Assembly: GCA_050084515.1 (NCBI GenBank)
Contig: CM114271.1
Location: 1,612,001 to 1,676,000, forward strand
Reading direction: 5' to 3'
DNA from: Blasia pusilla
Lineage: Eukaryota
Length of the DNA: 64,000 bases
The notes below the pieces were generated by a model, which was given only the letters and a program-made list of their open reading frames with translations, was not told the DNA's origin and ran no database searches. This document shows, one piece after another, positions 36,685 to 51,079 of the stretch (position 1 is the first letter of the stretch; the number at the start of each line of letters is the position of its first letter). Made by a program: the position numbers and the translations under genes.

Positions 36685-39664
36685 ATAATTAGAAGGAGAA
36701 AGTCTCAATTTCGGGACAAAGGATTCTCTCGTCTGACTGGTATCACCCAAGTCCACTTTGAACTGGAGCTGCACAATTCGACTGTCTAATTGGCGACGAA
36801 GTATCTAGCCTCGTAAACGTGTTTATCAGTGTAGGACGAAAAAAACCTTTCCCTCGCCATCTCTTCTAGTTGAGTACAGTTGCCCTTTTATTGAGTTATT
36901 CGGAAGCAGAATCCTTAGGAATTTCTTCGGTTCTATGTACCTTTCTTTTTTTTGTAACGAAAGTTTGACTTTTTCTTTGGAACGGGTTGCCTTGTAACCC
37001 TCACTGGAAGATAAGTCCATTTAGACCGTTGTAGGGTAATCATATCCGGTGTTCAATTGATACTGTTTCTGCTGTGGGTGAAGCCCTCCAGCCAGTAGTG
37101 GCCTTGGCCAAAATGGTCGGCCACTGGAATCCTGTCCTGTTTTTATTTAACGGACTTTTTTTATCCATGGAGTCTTTTATCACTTGTTTATCACTTGAGT
37201 TTATGGTATGGAATTTTGAGCACGCAGCTTTGGTTCGTCCTGTTAGGACAAATGACTTTTGTGATTCTGCGATTCTCGGTACGTCTGCGGGGAAATCTGG
37301 ACCTAATTCAATAGTGCAGATCGAGTTTCTTCCTACAAGAGTTGAGATAAAAGCTAACATTTGACGTTTGTGAGACCCGATGATACCTGCAAAGAAACAA
37401 GCATCCGGCAGAGAATTGACGACCGGTCGCCCACACTATACATTCCTCTGCATCGACAAGCACGAAGCACAATGCTATTTTGCTCACAATCTAAACTTCC
37501 CTTCTCTGCTGTTGGCCTTGGTAGAAATGACTGCTCTCGTGGTCTTGCTGTGCTGCATTACTCATACGCCAGTCCGACCTTCGAACTCCTCCATATGCAG
37601 AATTTAGAAACTATCTGACTTACCCAGATGTCACTCAAATAAGCGTGACACAGTGCAAGTGAGTTTGATCACATGAGGTATTCATCCACTCACAGATAGG
37701 AGAAAATTTAGAGGATTCAGCTGCTGAAATTTCAGAGAATCCGGGCGAGGGGCTTCCATAGGAGCTGTTACTGTTATCGTTGTTATCGCTGTCTAGAACC
37801 CAGACATTGTCACCACCTATGAGTTTAAGGTCCTGGTCCTATGGAACAGACTCTCCTCAAGTTGCAAATATGAGCCATGGTAAACCACAGCGGGGATTTC
37901 AGAAGTGCCTGACTGAATCAAGTCAACGATATTTATCAACTTATCAAGAAATAGATGACGGAATCAGGTCACAGTTGCAGGTCTCCCCATCTCAAACTTC
38001 TGTATTCAGAGGGCCCCTTGTGTTCTAGCTTGGTCACGAGTCAGTGATTTCGTTCAAACTCATTTCAATCCACAGAGCTCAGTTTCGAGAGCACTTACTC
38101 TTTAATATGTGTTAGGCAGTATGTTACCGAGCTTGGATAGACTTCAGCAGCAACTGGAATATGCTTAGAAAAGGTACATATAAACTGGTCAAAAGGTTGA
38201 GATGCAAGTAGTGAACGGTATAAATTAGACGAGAACAAGGGCGTATCTAGGTGGCAAACCTCTTCCAAGAAGTCCTTCGCTGCAAACCCTTTGTTTTCTT
38301 TCTTTTGTCCTTCTCTTCAGGCTTCATTGTCGGATTCATTGACCCGTTGTCCACTTGGATCAACGGGACAATGAATCCGTTCATTCATTCAATATTTCTC
38401 CACTTAATTTTCTTTCGAAATTCTATTCCTTCTTTTTCTGTCCCATGGCCCTCTTGTGTCCCCGGAGCCAATGAACTTATTCCTCAGGACCTGGTCCCAT
38501 GCAAGTAAGTGGCGAGTCTGACATACTCATCTGATTTAATACATGGTCAAGAATCAAAGATTCAATTCCAAGACACAATATGAATTCGTGTCCTAGTAGA
38601 CCAGGATGCAAATTTCGACAGACTGTCCTCACGACAGCAGTTGCATAGGACCAAGAGCTTAGTTCATTCTTATACACATAAGTGAATAATCACAAGTCCC
38701 TCTTCCACATTGTTTAGCTTCTGCCCTTTGACCATACAGGTCGACTTTCTGGATTCTGAGGGAGTGTCACAGTCACAACTCAATCTTCAAACTTCCAGAC
38801 TGTGTCAGATCCATCCTTTTCCAATTCTAGACAGATAACATATGAGACAGGACACATGGAAACTTGATACACATACAGCTTTCAGACTAGTCTATCATTT
38901 GACGTTTTCTCAGTCTCAAGGGTCACTCACAAATCCCATCACTGCTCAAACGATTTGTGGCAGAGGCATAACTGGCCCAGCTCAGAATCTTTAAATTCCT
39001 ATGGGACGTCATTCATCACCCTACATGGCGCCCTAAATTTGTCGAGCGTACAGCTCTCAACTTAAGCCATAGTTTTTGGAATGGGCAAAGCAGTGACTCC
39101 CATGTTTACAGTCCCTAGTAAAACTGTACGATTTCTCATGAAGTCATTAATAACTTATAAGCTAAGTTCGGGTAATTTTGATTCATACTGTAGAGTAAAC
39201 TAATGACAGCTTTATGTATATATAGTATGAAGCGGGGAGATCCGGGGTTACGAGTAAGGCTAGCCGGTTAATTATGAGAATTTCCGATTAATTTTAAAGC
39301 TGCCTAAAAAAACCGGTTGGATTTGAGGACTCTTTGTATATCGTATCTGAAAACCGGTATTTCCGGTTCCGATTTACCATTCCCGGTAATGTACCGAGTC
39401 CCACGAAAAAAATCCCCGAACCCTGGTATGAAGGCTGTCCCATCTGATCTACGGCCCCCACCGATGGAATGATTGACCACAAAACCCTCACCTATTTTCA
39501 TTAATCACGCACGCGAGCCTCAATGTCCGTTGCCACGGGATGACACAAATCTGCTCTCTTCAAGGTGCAAGAGACTAAGTACACCTTCAAGAATGTCCGT
39601 TTCTCCCATTCAACGAATCTTACTCGTGTATGGAAGCCCTAAAAGGTTGTGGACCTCGTAGCGA

Positions 39665-39848
39665 ACACTTTCTTGCAGCTGAATTCACACATGTGTTTAG
39701 TTAGACCTCATTGCCAACACATTCTTACTGCTGAGTTCGTACACGTGTTCAGGTAGATCTCATAGGTTACTGCTGGCCGAGTTCTCATACACGTATTTAG
39801 TTAGACCTAATTGCTGACAGATTCTTACTGCTGAGTTCATAGATGTGA
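39665..39848. repeat. Degenerate minisatellite (~45-52 bp, ~4 copies)
   Basis: Repeated TTACTGCTGAGTTC..ACACGTGTT.AG.TAGACCT units. Confidence 0.7.
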
Positions 39849-42800
39849 CCCTCAGCCCACTCTTCGAGAACGGGTACTAGAGGAGTAAAGGAGAGGGAGT
39901 ATGATCAGATCATTCTTCACTATTTCTGCCAAAGTCTCTACTCTCGTTCTAGCCATCCACTTTGCAATGGGGAAGCATAGTTTTTCTGGTTGCAGTCATT
40001 CATGTTGAAGTAGAGAAATAATGTGATCGATCTTGGGGTAGAAAATATATGGAATTAAGGATGCATGTACTTTTCATGGAATGAATATCTAGACCCACCA
40101 TGGTGTACTTACATTCACGAAAAGATTCGATGGCTACATAATGGCGTGATTGAAAGTCAACGAATTGAAGGAATGACAACAATAAGAACTTCAAGTAGTT
40201 CTTGCATTATGTTGGCTACTTTAAACAACCTCTTCTCCACGAAAGTACAAACCAAGACCTTTGCACCCACCATGCCAACCTCTCCCACTAGGAGAGAGAT
40301 ATCCGAGTCAACTTTCCCATGCACCCACATACCAAATACACTACTGCAAGAGGAGAAAGCTCGAAATCGATAGGGGGAGTAGTGTGGGAGTGTCTCCTAG
40401 TCCTTCACACCCCTATGATTTTTCGTTGTCTTAATGGTTGTTGTCTTCTTTGAGTTCATACCTTTTCTTAACAATGGACGATGGAAACCTCCCTTTCAAT
40501 CATGACCTATGTGGTTGACACTTTCTATAAAAATGGGCTCCCCACTCTATGATGTTATCAACCAACTATGAGAGCCCGATCCCATGGAGTAATTCGAACT
40601 ATCAACCTTGGCAGATACGTCATATCAAGCACATCCAATGGTTAATGTATTTCTAAAATGATCGGAGTCTTTGGTTTTTTATCAGTGTCTTGAGTTTTTC
40701 CCGGGGTCTTTGGAATTCCTGCGACCATTATTTTTGGGCGCAAGAAAGCCGCAACGTCCTCAAGCCTTATGAAACCTGCGAGGGCCGGTTGCTATTTGGC
40801 AAGATACAAGTTTCGATCAATAGTGTAGAGTAACTGAACGGGAAGGAGACCGGAGCAATTCCGGAGGTCCCGGCTGAACAGGCCGGTTGTTGCAGCCGGA
40901 TAAAGTTTCTTGGGGTTGCGTGCAACCCCAAGAAACTTGCCGTGGAATCGAGCTCCGAGTGTCGATTTAGTTGAGACTTTATCAAAGCATGTCTTGCAAG
41001 TTCATCTTCTATATTGTTAAAATAGTTTTTAAGAGATGTTTTGAATGGATTTCATGTGTCTTTTCTTAAAATTATTGGAAAAATATCCTTTTTTCATTGA
41101 AAAAAATTTCTATGGTTTTTGCTCACAAATTCTATTCCATTTTTCTACCATTGAACTATTACCTGTCTATTCCTATCACTAAAATATTCCCTCATTTTTT
41201 TCTCACCGGGATTTTTTGTATCTAACTCTTTGTCGGTGTAAAATAAACACAATATTGGGAAGTTCAAAATAAAATTTTAGCTGTTTGTAGTATGTGTGTG
41301 TCATAGCGGTGCCTATGGGCATGGACTTGGATCTGAGGGAGATACCTAATTATATCCCACTTTCAAAATTCTCTTGAGATACATGGGCATACACAAATGC
41401 CCAAGGTATGTGTGTAAGGAGTTGAAAGATGCCACATTGGTGCCAATTTGGTGGGGCGAGAGGAGTAGCCTTACAAGCATCAAAACTACTCTCAATAAGC
41501 ATGTACACCCCTTCCCCCTATTTCCTTCAATCCTTGACATCAACATCCATTTGGCCTATCCATCCCTTCTTCTCCCCATAAACAAGCACCTCGGATTGAG
41601 ATGCCCAAATGTCGAGTGTGTCATATTCAAACACATCATTCCATAGGGATCCCATAAGGGTTGCATGTAATCTTGATTATAAATCTTATAGATTTTATTT
41701 TTTTAAACACTTGTGTGTTGCCCATGCCATGCACATGACTATTGACAACAACCAAAAATAACTACATAAATAAAGGCCTTTCCTCGATCCTTATGTGTCC
41801 CCTCCTTTGTGTCCCCTCCTTTCTTCCCTTCCCCCCCCCTCGCCGTGTGTAGTCTCCCCTTAACTAAACTCACTCCTCTTTTAATTTAAATCCCTCCCCT
41901 TCAAATTATACATGTTAACACCACATAAGTCCTCAAGTGATATATGTCCACATTAGGAGGGCAGTTTCTATAAACCTCTCCTATGTAAATAGTATAGTAT
42001 AGATAAGAATACCATTTACACTTATAAATTAGAGTTATTTTCTTCTTACTTTTAGATCTTTTCCCCTCCATTCCTATTTCTGAGTTTTTTTAAATGAAAT
42101 TTCCCCATCTTATATAATGGATTATACAAGAACGCAATACTTCAACATTTTACAATAATAGGACTCTAAAACATAAAATATTAAAAAATAGGACTCTAGT
42201 AATCAATTACATCCTAGAAACATCACTACCGACTATTGATGCTTAAGGTCTTGTCTTGGTAATCATGTTCTCATTACCACTAGTAAGAATGCTCTTGCAA
42301 TACATATGTGTTGGATTCATAATCTGGTGTATGGTAGACCCGTGTAAGACGGGCTCACACCCGCTCGACTCATGCCCTACCATGCACGCACCCATTCTTG
42401 TGTCCCAAGCCCGCGTGGGCCACTGGATTGCCAAAAAAACCCGGGTGGGGGACCCGTTGGGTATGTCCATGGACATATCCGGACTTGTATGTTTCCGTGC
42501 AAACTTTCTGTCTAGGGGATTTTCAAAAGTCTAATTATCTCGTGGGAAAAGGATTCTTTAGGATTCTTGGATTCTTTATCTTCAATCGTAAGGAATCCAA
42601 AACAAAAACTCTACACATTAAATCTCTAAATTTTTACTCCAACTCACAAGAAAACTGCAGGATTTTCTTTAAATATCTATGTCCGTATTGCGGGTATGGA
42701 AATTTGGGGAGTTGTGGAAATCCCCCTTATTTTCCAACTACCTCTCTTAATTGCCCAGTCTATTATCTCTAATATTCCCTTCTAAGAAACTAAGCATGGT

Positions 42801-43260
42801 GGATGAAATAAATCTTAATGTGTTGAAAATTATGTTATCCAATAACATATCCAATCTATTTCAATAATATAGACTAATGGATGTTTGAACCATTAGAGGT
42901 TAATATTAAGTATCCCTAATACACATATTAATTCTAAATTAATTAAATATGACTAACTAATTAGATGATACAAGTATCATCTTAGGAAGTCATATCCAAG
43001 AGAACATCTATATTATTATTGGCAACCCGTATCAACAATAAGATAAAATAGAAATACTATTATATTTGTTATGGCGTAGTCTTCACAAACTTAGGTTAAT
43101 TATTTAAGTGATTTGGACGAGATTTTAATTGTTACAAAGCATGGAGTTTCATATATAGGATTTTAATTTATGATGGAATAAGATATTAAGAAAAAGGATG
43201 AAATGTAATGACTTCCACTTTAAAATTTAGATTCATGTCTACATGGACTTTCCTTTCATA

Positions 43261-43918
43261 TCTATATCAGACGGTGCCCGTACTATGCATGGGTGATACT
43301 TAAATTTTTTATTATCTCTCTTTATTTCAACTCCTTATCTCGAAGGTTGCATGTGGACAAAATCCGTATCCGTGGACATGTCCATGTCCGTCCTATGGAA
43401 GGACTTGTCCATATGGGCCTCATCTTTCCCTTTTTTATCCTTCCCCTTACTTGTCTTCATGTTCCATACTCCCTTGTTTCTTCCTCCCTCCACCTCCACC
43501 TCCACTCCCTCCTCCCTCATTGCTCCACTCATCCTTACCTTACTTTCCATCATGGATTATAAGTGTGGGTCCCACCTCTTGGAACCCATGTCCGTCCTGA
43601 GGAAGACTTGTCCGTTTTGTGCAACCATGCTTCTCTCAAAGTGACACGTGTCGACACCATAGGAGCCCTTAGAGGATAGGTGTCAACACCTGAGGAAGGT
43701 TTCCTCAAACCTTGTCCTCTTTTAAATGTATAAATTATTAGTGGAGAGTGCCCTTTCATTTTGCAAAATTTTCTCCTCTTGACACGTGGCACTTTCAACC
43801 AATGGAATCACGTACCTTCTAAACCAATAGGATTATTCGAAATTGATTAAAAATGACACTTGAAAATCATAAGAGGTAATTATGGAAAGTAAAATAAACT
43901 CGTACGGGCTTATACTAG
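43261..43918 (+). mobile_element. Probable non-autonomous Helitron containing a hAT MITE
   Basis: A|TCTATATC start and CGTACGGGCTTATACTAG|T end. The 3' hairpin is degenerate. Confidence 0.45.
43342..43629. mobile_element. hAT-type MITE
   Basis: TIR core GGTTGCA...TGCAACC. 8-bp TSD CTTATCTC (43334-43341) / CTTCTCTC (43630-43637). Internal GGAC/GTCC subterminal motifs. Confidence 0.75.
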
Positions 43919-44941
43919 TGTGTAAAATTGAAAGGTGTTTACGATGGCGAGATCCATTCCCAACAATAGTTTATTTCATTGCTAAAAAATCTTCCTTCAA
44001 TTTTCAGATTCTTCTCGTCATAACACAATTTTATTTCTCAAACAATTTATTAAAATTTTATTTTTAATATTCCATAAAAGAACTTAATGAATTGGAAATT
44101 TTAATTAAATATCAATAATTTAAACGCGTGACTAACATACATAAATGAACATTGATGAATAAACAAGCGGCTCGGCAGGTCGGCGCGCAATTGCCGTTCT
44201 CCTTCCCGGCGAGCTAGTCACGGCGCACAGTTCCCGTCAAAGTGTCCGTAAGTCTCCTGGGCCGCACCGCTACGGATGGGAAAGCCGGGGAATCGTGATC
44301 ATTCGAGATACGCCGTCGATTCTTCAGTTCCTACGATGGACATCTCCCGCGGACCATCTCGTAGATTATGCACAGAGACGTTGGGGTGTGGAGCAAGAGA
44401 TTGGAAAAGGACCGTCGATTTTCTGCACACTCTCCGTGGACCCGTACGATGTGCATCTCATGAGCCCGCGGTGTCCGCGAGCGCTTATCGGTCACAGGAA
44501 ACGGAAACCCGGAGGTCCCGGGCTAGGCAGTCCATGGGACGGACCGCCAAAAGACTCGTCTTGTGGATAGATCCTCGGTTTTTGTCGTATCATAAGTCTG
44601 GACTTTGTCCCGGTCTTGTCTCTCGCGCATGAGAAGTCAAAAAACGTGACTTTCGCGTGTGCGCAGTTAACTTATTGTGACGGGTTCGATCATTTCTTTT
44701 GTAATTATATATTTTTTCATTGTTCAAATTATTGAATTTAAAATGTTATTGTTGGTTTTGAAGTTTGTTTTGCGTTTGGAAGTGGAATGTTATTTTTCTT
44801 ATAATAATATTACACCTAAATACATGGAAAACTTTCCCCATATTTTGTTTATAAAAATATTAGAGAAGCCAAAGAAAGGACTAAAGAATATGTAGGAGAG
44901 GAGACCATTTGCTATTAGGGTTATTCAATTTATGTCCTATG

Positions 44942-45500
44942 TGTTGTGTGCATACATGTCATTACACAACATGCATTATTGTCATCATCCAACAAATTCA
45001 TCAACTTGGAAATCATACTCAACCTCGGAAATCAAACTCACGCACAATCCTATACAAAAAATCCACAAAATATGCAATTGCATTCTCACATCACAAAGTT
45101 CTTTTCTATGTCAAATCGAACTCACTCTCCTAATGAGATGTTCACACTATGCAAAACGCAAGAGAGACCATAATTTTGTTGCCTTATAGGAGGAGGTTTA
45201 ACAAAGAGATAATGAGCTCCCAAACTCTTTCTCTCTTTAATGTATAAACCCTTAACCCCCTCCCAAGCCCTCTTCTTGGTGACTTGTGCATATGTGTCAT
45301 ATCTCTAACTCTCTCTAGTAGGATAAAAGGCATTTTCTTAAGATGAAGTCAACTATGTCATAAATAGAGAATTCAAAAGTTCTTCCAAGTAGCCCTTAAT
45401 GGATCTATAACTAGGGAAAACTTTCACACTCAAGTTTCCCACGTTCTCAAAAAATCATCCTCAAATTTTTGGGATCGATACGTGAACTCTCCAAGTACTC
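44942..45500 (-). repeat. LTR related to the DNMT-retrotransposon LTR (probable solo LTR)
   Basis: Reverse complement shares CTCATTAGGAGAGTG and GAGCTCATT.TCTCTTTGTT with 2730-2850. Its terminus TGTTGTGTGCATAC matches the 7296-7309 LTR end. Confidence 0.7.
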
Positions 45501-47649
45501 CATGCACATACTCTCTACTTCCATATGAACAATGAGATAAATATTTCATATACATATCACTACACAACATACATTGTTATTATCATCCAACAAACTTAAG
45601 AGCCTAAAAACCAAACTTAATCTTAGACACAAGACACACCCACAATCCTATATCGAAACATCTCCAATCATTCCCAATCGTGCATATACATATCACTACA
45701 TAAAACACATCCCTATCATGATCCATTCATTCCTAAACACAAGATATTAAACTCGATCATTTAGTCTATATACGTAAATGATTATTCATTAAAAAAAATC
45801 TAATTAGAAACAGTTCATGACTCTCATTGCCGAGCCAACCCCAATTTTATGGTGAAAAACTTGGGTTACACAATTTACTAATGATGGAAGGAGGCTCAAC
45901 AAAGGAAGAAAAAGGTCCCAATCTCTTATTGGGTTCTCTCTATCTCTCCACATCGGGACAATATGCCTTTTGGAGGTATATCGTTGGAATCTGCTAACTC
46001 CATTCCGCCTTCGCACAAGTTGGGCCGGAATAGATCTAGAGCCTCGTCGGAATTGAACCCTCAAAGAGAGGGCTCCATTTTCTCCTCTTTCCTTTGTTTT
46101 AACACTATAAAAAGGACGGAGGAAAATTTTAGGGTGAACAAGCACTCACACATAAGTTTCCTACTTTATGACAGTCTAAATATTCAAGAGAGCTCTTTTG
46201 CCCTCCTTGTGAAGGTGAGTTATATAAAATAGTAGTTGTGAGAGTGTATTAGACTAGGATAGTCATATTTTTTTGTTGCAAATCGCCACGCCTTATTCTT
46301 AGAGTCAAAATGACCATAATGAGAAGATCTTGAACCCCAATTTTTTTGGGATATGTATATGTAATATACATTAAAATCTCATTTATTTCCGTGTAGAGTC
46401 ATTTACACCATTCAATGAGGATTTGACTTATTTTAAATTGTTTATGTATACTCTAGGTACAAGAAATATCTACCTACATGGAGAGGACTACTAGCATTTC
46501 AGCAAATCTTGTGGTACCAGACTCACAGAGAGCTATAATCTCAACCAAGACCAATTGCAAGAAAAAAAATCCGATATGGTTTTTCATACGATCCCAATCC
46601 TTCATGTTGCCTCATATGCATTGTTTGAGGGTTTTTATGTGATAATGCTTATCACTATAAATTGTGTTGTCTTGATATCAAGTCCTTCTTCTCTTAAAAA
46701 ACCAATAGTATAATGGAGTAAAGATAATGAGAGAATATTTCTTGATTTGTATGAAGAATGTTAAGTCCGTAACTGTAATCAAGGCAATGTGACCCAAGAT
46801 CAACGACGATGCAATTTACATGAATTAAAGATGTCAAGTGACCATACCATATGAGCCAAAAATATAAATAAATAAATTAGATGGGTTAGTAAAAAATTAT
46901 AAGAGTGAAAAAATGAAACAAGCTCAAATAGATGCTGAACCAAGTGAGAGGGAATATTATGCTCAAATACACAAGTTTAAAGGTACATCATCAAAAGATT
47001 CAGGAATACCAAGTGCATGTGATGGTGATACTAATATCCAAGAATCCGTTGGTATGGAAGTTTTTGTTGATTTCAGTGAATAAGACCTCATTCATACTGA
47101 ATCTCAACCATGATTTATTCATATTCTATTTTATAAGGGCGAGAAATTAATGGATCAGTGGAGTGATCCATCTATTCATCCATCAATAGATACAATCAAT
47201 AGATATATTTCGAACCCACACATCCAATACGAGTTCAAGTGAAGCTCTACCTACCGAAAAAAGTCTAAGAAGCAAAGCATGTTTCCGATTGAGTATTGCA
47301 CGATAACCAAACAAAATAAGAAAGTCGAGAGATGAGAGTGATAGTATTACACAATCAATGAATGTATTTATTCAAGTTTTGAAGGAAACAAGTGAGAAGA
47401 AAGCTCAACAAGAAGATAAAAAAATGGAACTCATATCTCCAATGTTCAAATTTCATCGTATGGAGCTTCAGTTGGAGAGAGAAAAGCGAGAAGGAAAATC
47501 ATCAATAACATCTACTTCTGAAAAATAAGTATGTATGATCTACCTCAAGCTCTATTATCGCTCAAGTAAGCATGTATGTCACAAAACTCTTTAAAGAATG
47601 TTGCTCACATTAGTTCACATATAATTGTTCTTCTCCTATGCCTCTTAAT

Positions 47650-48700
47650 TGTACTTCCAGGGTTTTTTATTGGATAATTCCACCATTCATCCTATATTCC
47701 ATTTGATTGATGTCTTGCAATAAGGGCTTTGTATGTAGGATAACAAAATTATGCAAAACTCCATATGTAAGCGTTACTTTAGAAACCATTTCAAGAGCCA
47801 TTGGACAATCACTTAGAAATGTACATCTTTCTTTTAAATGACCAAAAGCATTTTCTATTGTCACTCTTTCCTTTGATGTATGTCTATCAAATATATTTTC
47901 CAATGGATTTCCTTGTAGTAGGTGTATATGGAAATGCTTCAATAGCCATGGTCATAGGCGATAAGCTGTATCCCCAAGTATTATGGGCGAAATGACTTGA
48001 ATCTCTCTACGATCAAGTGACAATGGGATTTTTGGTTGAGAAAGGACACGTTTCTCTTCAATGTATTGAAAAACTATGGATTGCCTTAAATGTGCAGCAT
48101 CATGAGTGATTCTCGGCCTAGTACAACATAAGTCCCAAAACTTTAGATTAGCATCACATATATATCTTGGAGAAGCGGAGAATAATTAGAGTTACAATTT
48201 CTATATTGCTCTAGGAAATATTTCATAGGAGGTTTGAATTTAAGTTTTATGTGAGACCCATCTTTGGCTCCTATGATTTTTGAAACTCCACAAATACACT
48301 TATATTTGGCATAGATGGCATGAATGGTTTAATCACATCCACTAATATTTGGAAATTTTCAAAAGACATTCTATATGGACTTCTCATATGAGTATAAAGA
48401 AAATCGTCATTATAAGTCCAAAACTCTTTATGAATGACCTCCCACCAAGTGAATTATCTTAGTATTATCCAAAACTCTCTTCCTCCATTTGATTGACTTC
48501 GATGCCACTCTTCAATCATGAAATAGAGCATGAATAAACTTTGACTATTAACTTCGTCGTCTTTTTTGGTCCCCATCATAAAAGTAACGAGCTCGATTTC
48601 ACTGAACATTCCACCTTCAAGAAACCATGCACAAAATAAGTCAAAAAGTTCATAATGATAGCTAAAATAGTCTCAATGAAAATCTCCTTCTTTTTCAGCT
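47650..48700 (-). mobile_element. PIF/Harbinger transposase remnant
   Basis: GAKDGSHI (48249-48271), THDA, GDTAY (47961-47975), RVTIENAFGHLKER, LHNF. A possible convergent second ORF on + strand ends at ~47525. Confidence 0.8.
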
Positions 48701-49029
48701 ACTAGAATATGTATGTCCTCCCTATTGTTCCAAATAAAAAAAGTAAAGAAAAAAAATTAAACACCACAACATCTAGTAATACTATATAAAATATTGTGTT
48801 CTATGTGTGAAGAACTCTATGTGTGAAATGCTCTCTCTATACCCTATCCCTTCAACCCGCAAAATACTTGGCTTTCCTCAACCCGCTGAATAAAAAAAAT
48901 ACTAAAAAAAGAAGTTGAATGGAGGAAAATGGAGCAGCACACGTTTTTTAGGCTCCGTTGTCTAAACCTAAGCCGTTTCGATAGTAGTCACAGTTGGAGA
49001 AGGGAGGCTCCATGTGAACTGCCCCTCTG

Positions 49030-51060
49030 TCTCTCTCATATGTATATATATCACATCCTCAACTTTGACCTATGATAATGGATCAAGGGGCATATTTTTT
49101 TCTCCAAGAGAAAGTCAACTCTATTCAAAATAGGAAAGTTACTCAACATTGTAAGTTCCTAAAATTAAAGAGCTCTAGATAAGCCTTAATAAAAGAAGAC
49201 CTACACACAAAATTTTCCTACTTCTCAATATATCATACTTGACCTAATGAGACCAACTTCCAATTTTCCCATATACACCGAGCGGATACTTTCCATTTTC
49301 CTACAAAAGATGTTACATCCCTAGCTACTTGTTATGTCCTTCAAACTCCAAATAGCCATCTATTCGTACCTATAATGATATATATATCTCTATGATACTA
49401 AGAGAGAAAAAGGCCAGGTGTCCATGTGGCCCTGATCGTTAGTCATCTTTGTATCACCTCATGAGTAGCAAGCTAGTCCAGATTTAAGATTACCTCTCTC
49501 ATGTACATTTAGGATATACTCATTATCCCTAAGGAAAAGTACCTGATCCAAGAGGTAGAGTCAAACGCAACATATGCCACCTTGTTGAACATTCATCACA
49601 AGCTAGTATGGTGGCCATACCTTTGGTTGATCCACACAACGTGCACCATAAGCCTACGTATACTATTGCCAAGTTAAGTTCCATTATCCCTTTGGGAGGT
49701 GCCATGGTGCATATATGATCCTTCCAAATCATGCCAGTATATGCCTCTATGAAGAAAATTCTTAATGGCCCTTAGAATGTGCATGCATCCTATTGTAACA
49801 TCCAATGACATTGGATCTATCTATTCTATCCATTGCAAGTAGACATGATCTTCCTGATAAACTTCAAGATCATTGGTCGATATCCTTCTCCATAAATAGT
49901 CATATACCTCAATATATCACGATGTTATGCAATAGCCAAGTTCTCAAATACCTTAAGCATGACCCATCAAAATATATTGGTTTGTTGAAAACATGCCCTA
50001 ACCCATACAAATAGTTTATCAAGGTTTAAGATCTTTGGACCGGTATGACATATGGATATAGATAAATTTTGCTCTTGTCCTTAGAGAAAAAAATTGGTTA
50101 AAAGGATACCAAGGATTCCAATAAGAAGATACTCTAAGACCATTCTATCCCGATTCCTCATGAATATCTCAACTACATATTTCTCACTAGCATGAATCCA
50201 AAATAGATAGATACATGCAATTTAAGCACCATCTCCTTATCACTCTCATCTTTTCATTAAGCTTCATTTTTGTCTCACTAACTCATGCATAGGTTAAAAC
50301 TCAACCAATCAACATCTTAGTTGAGTTATCCACGTCCATGCACCACCTAAAAATCAAACTCATATAACACGAGAAACCCATATGGAAAGCTTAATTGTAA
50401 GCTTGTGGGACTCCATCAACCATTTGAGTGGTTGATGATCAATGATGAGGGTAAAGGGGTTACCAAATAAATAGCATATTTTCTAATGCCCACAATGTGC
50501 TAGGCATTCATGCTCGTACAAGCTATAGTTTGACATGGCATGGCTGTTTGAGTGACGAAAAAAATCCACTACAAACTCTCTCCCCTCATTATCTTGTTGG
50601 ATGAGCACCGGTCAAAACCCCAACATACTCTAATCTTTGTGCAACTAGAATAGATGCCCTCCACTAGATCTCCACAAGATGGATGCCCACATTAACCTAT
50701 CCTTAAGTTGCTAAAAATCTCTAACTTAATCCAAATTCGTTAACTTAGTCACCAAGTTTACAATTCTACTTGAATCCTTTGACGTATCTTTGATATAAGT
50801 TTTCCAATCATAAAAATACACAACAAGCTTAGCTCACATATGGAGGGCATGTGCATGAAATATCCTCCATATTTTTTTGCTGAACTCCTGGGCCAATGGA
50901 ATATATCGTGTGACCTAAATACTCAATTTGATCTGAGAAGAACTTGCATTTTCTTGGATGTCACTTCAAATCATATTCATGCAATCAATGAAACACCTTG
51001 ACAAGATGTCACTCGTGCTATTCCAATTTCACATTGAAGACTATGATGTCATTGATATAA
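49030..51060 (-). mobile_element. Decayed Ty3/gypsy 3' part: integrase remnants, PHD finger and 3' LTR
   Basis: ORF 49529-49732 CTLCGSTKGMATILACDECSTRWHM is a degenerate C4HC3 PHD. Integrase-like residue at 50450-51000. LTR starts TGTAACATC at 49317 (minus strand) and resembles 2403-2670. Confidence 0.7.
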
Positions 51061-51079
51061 CATCTAAAAAACTCCAAAC

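Noticed and set aside
37040-38508. ORFs 37040-37364 (both strands) and 38251-38508
   Set aside because: No motifs and no consistent exon chain could be assembled. A weak gene cannot be excluded.
39665-39848. CRISPR-like array
   Set aside because: Degenerate tandem units without unique spacers, eukaryotic context and no cas genes.
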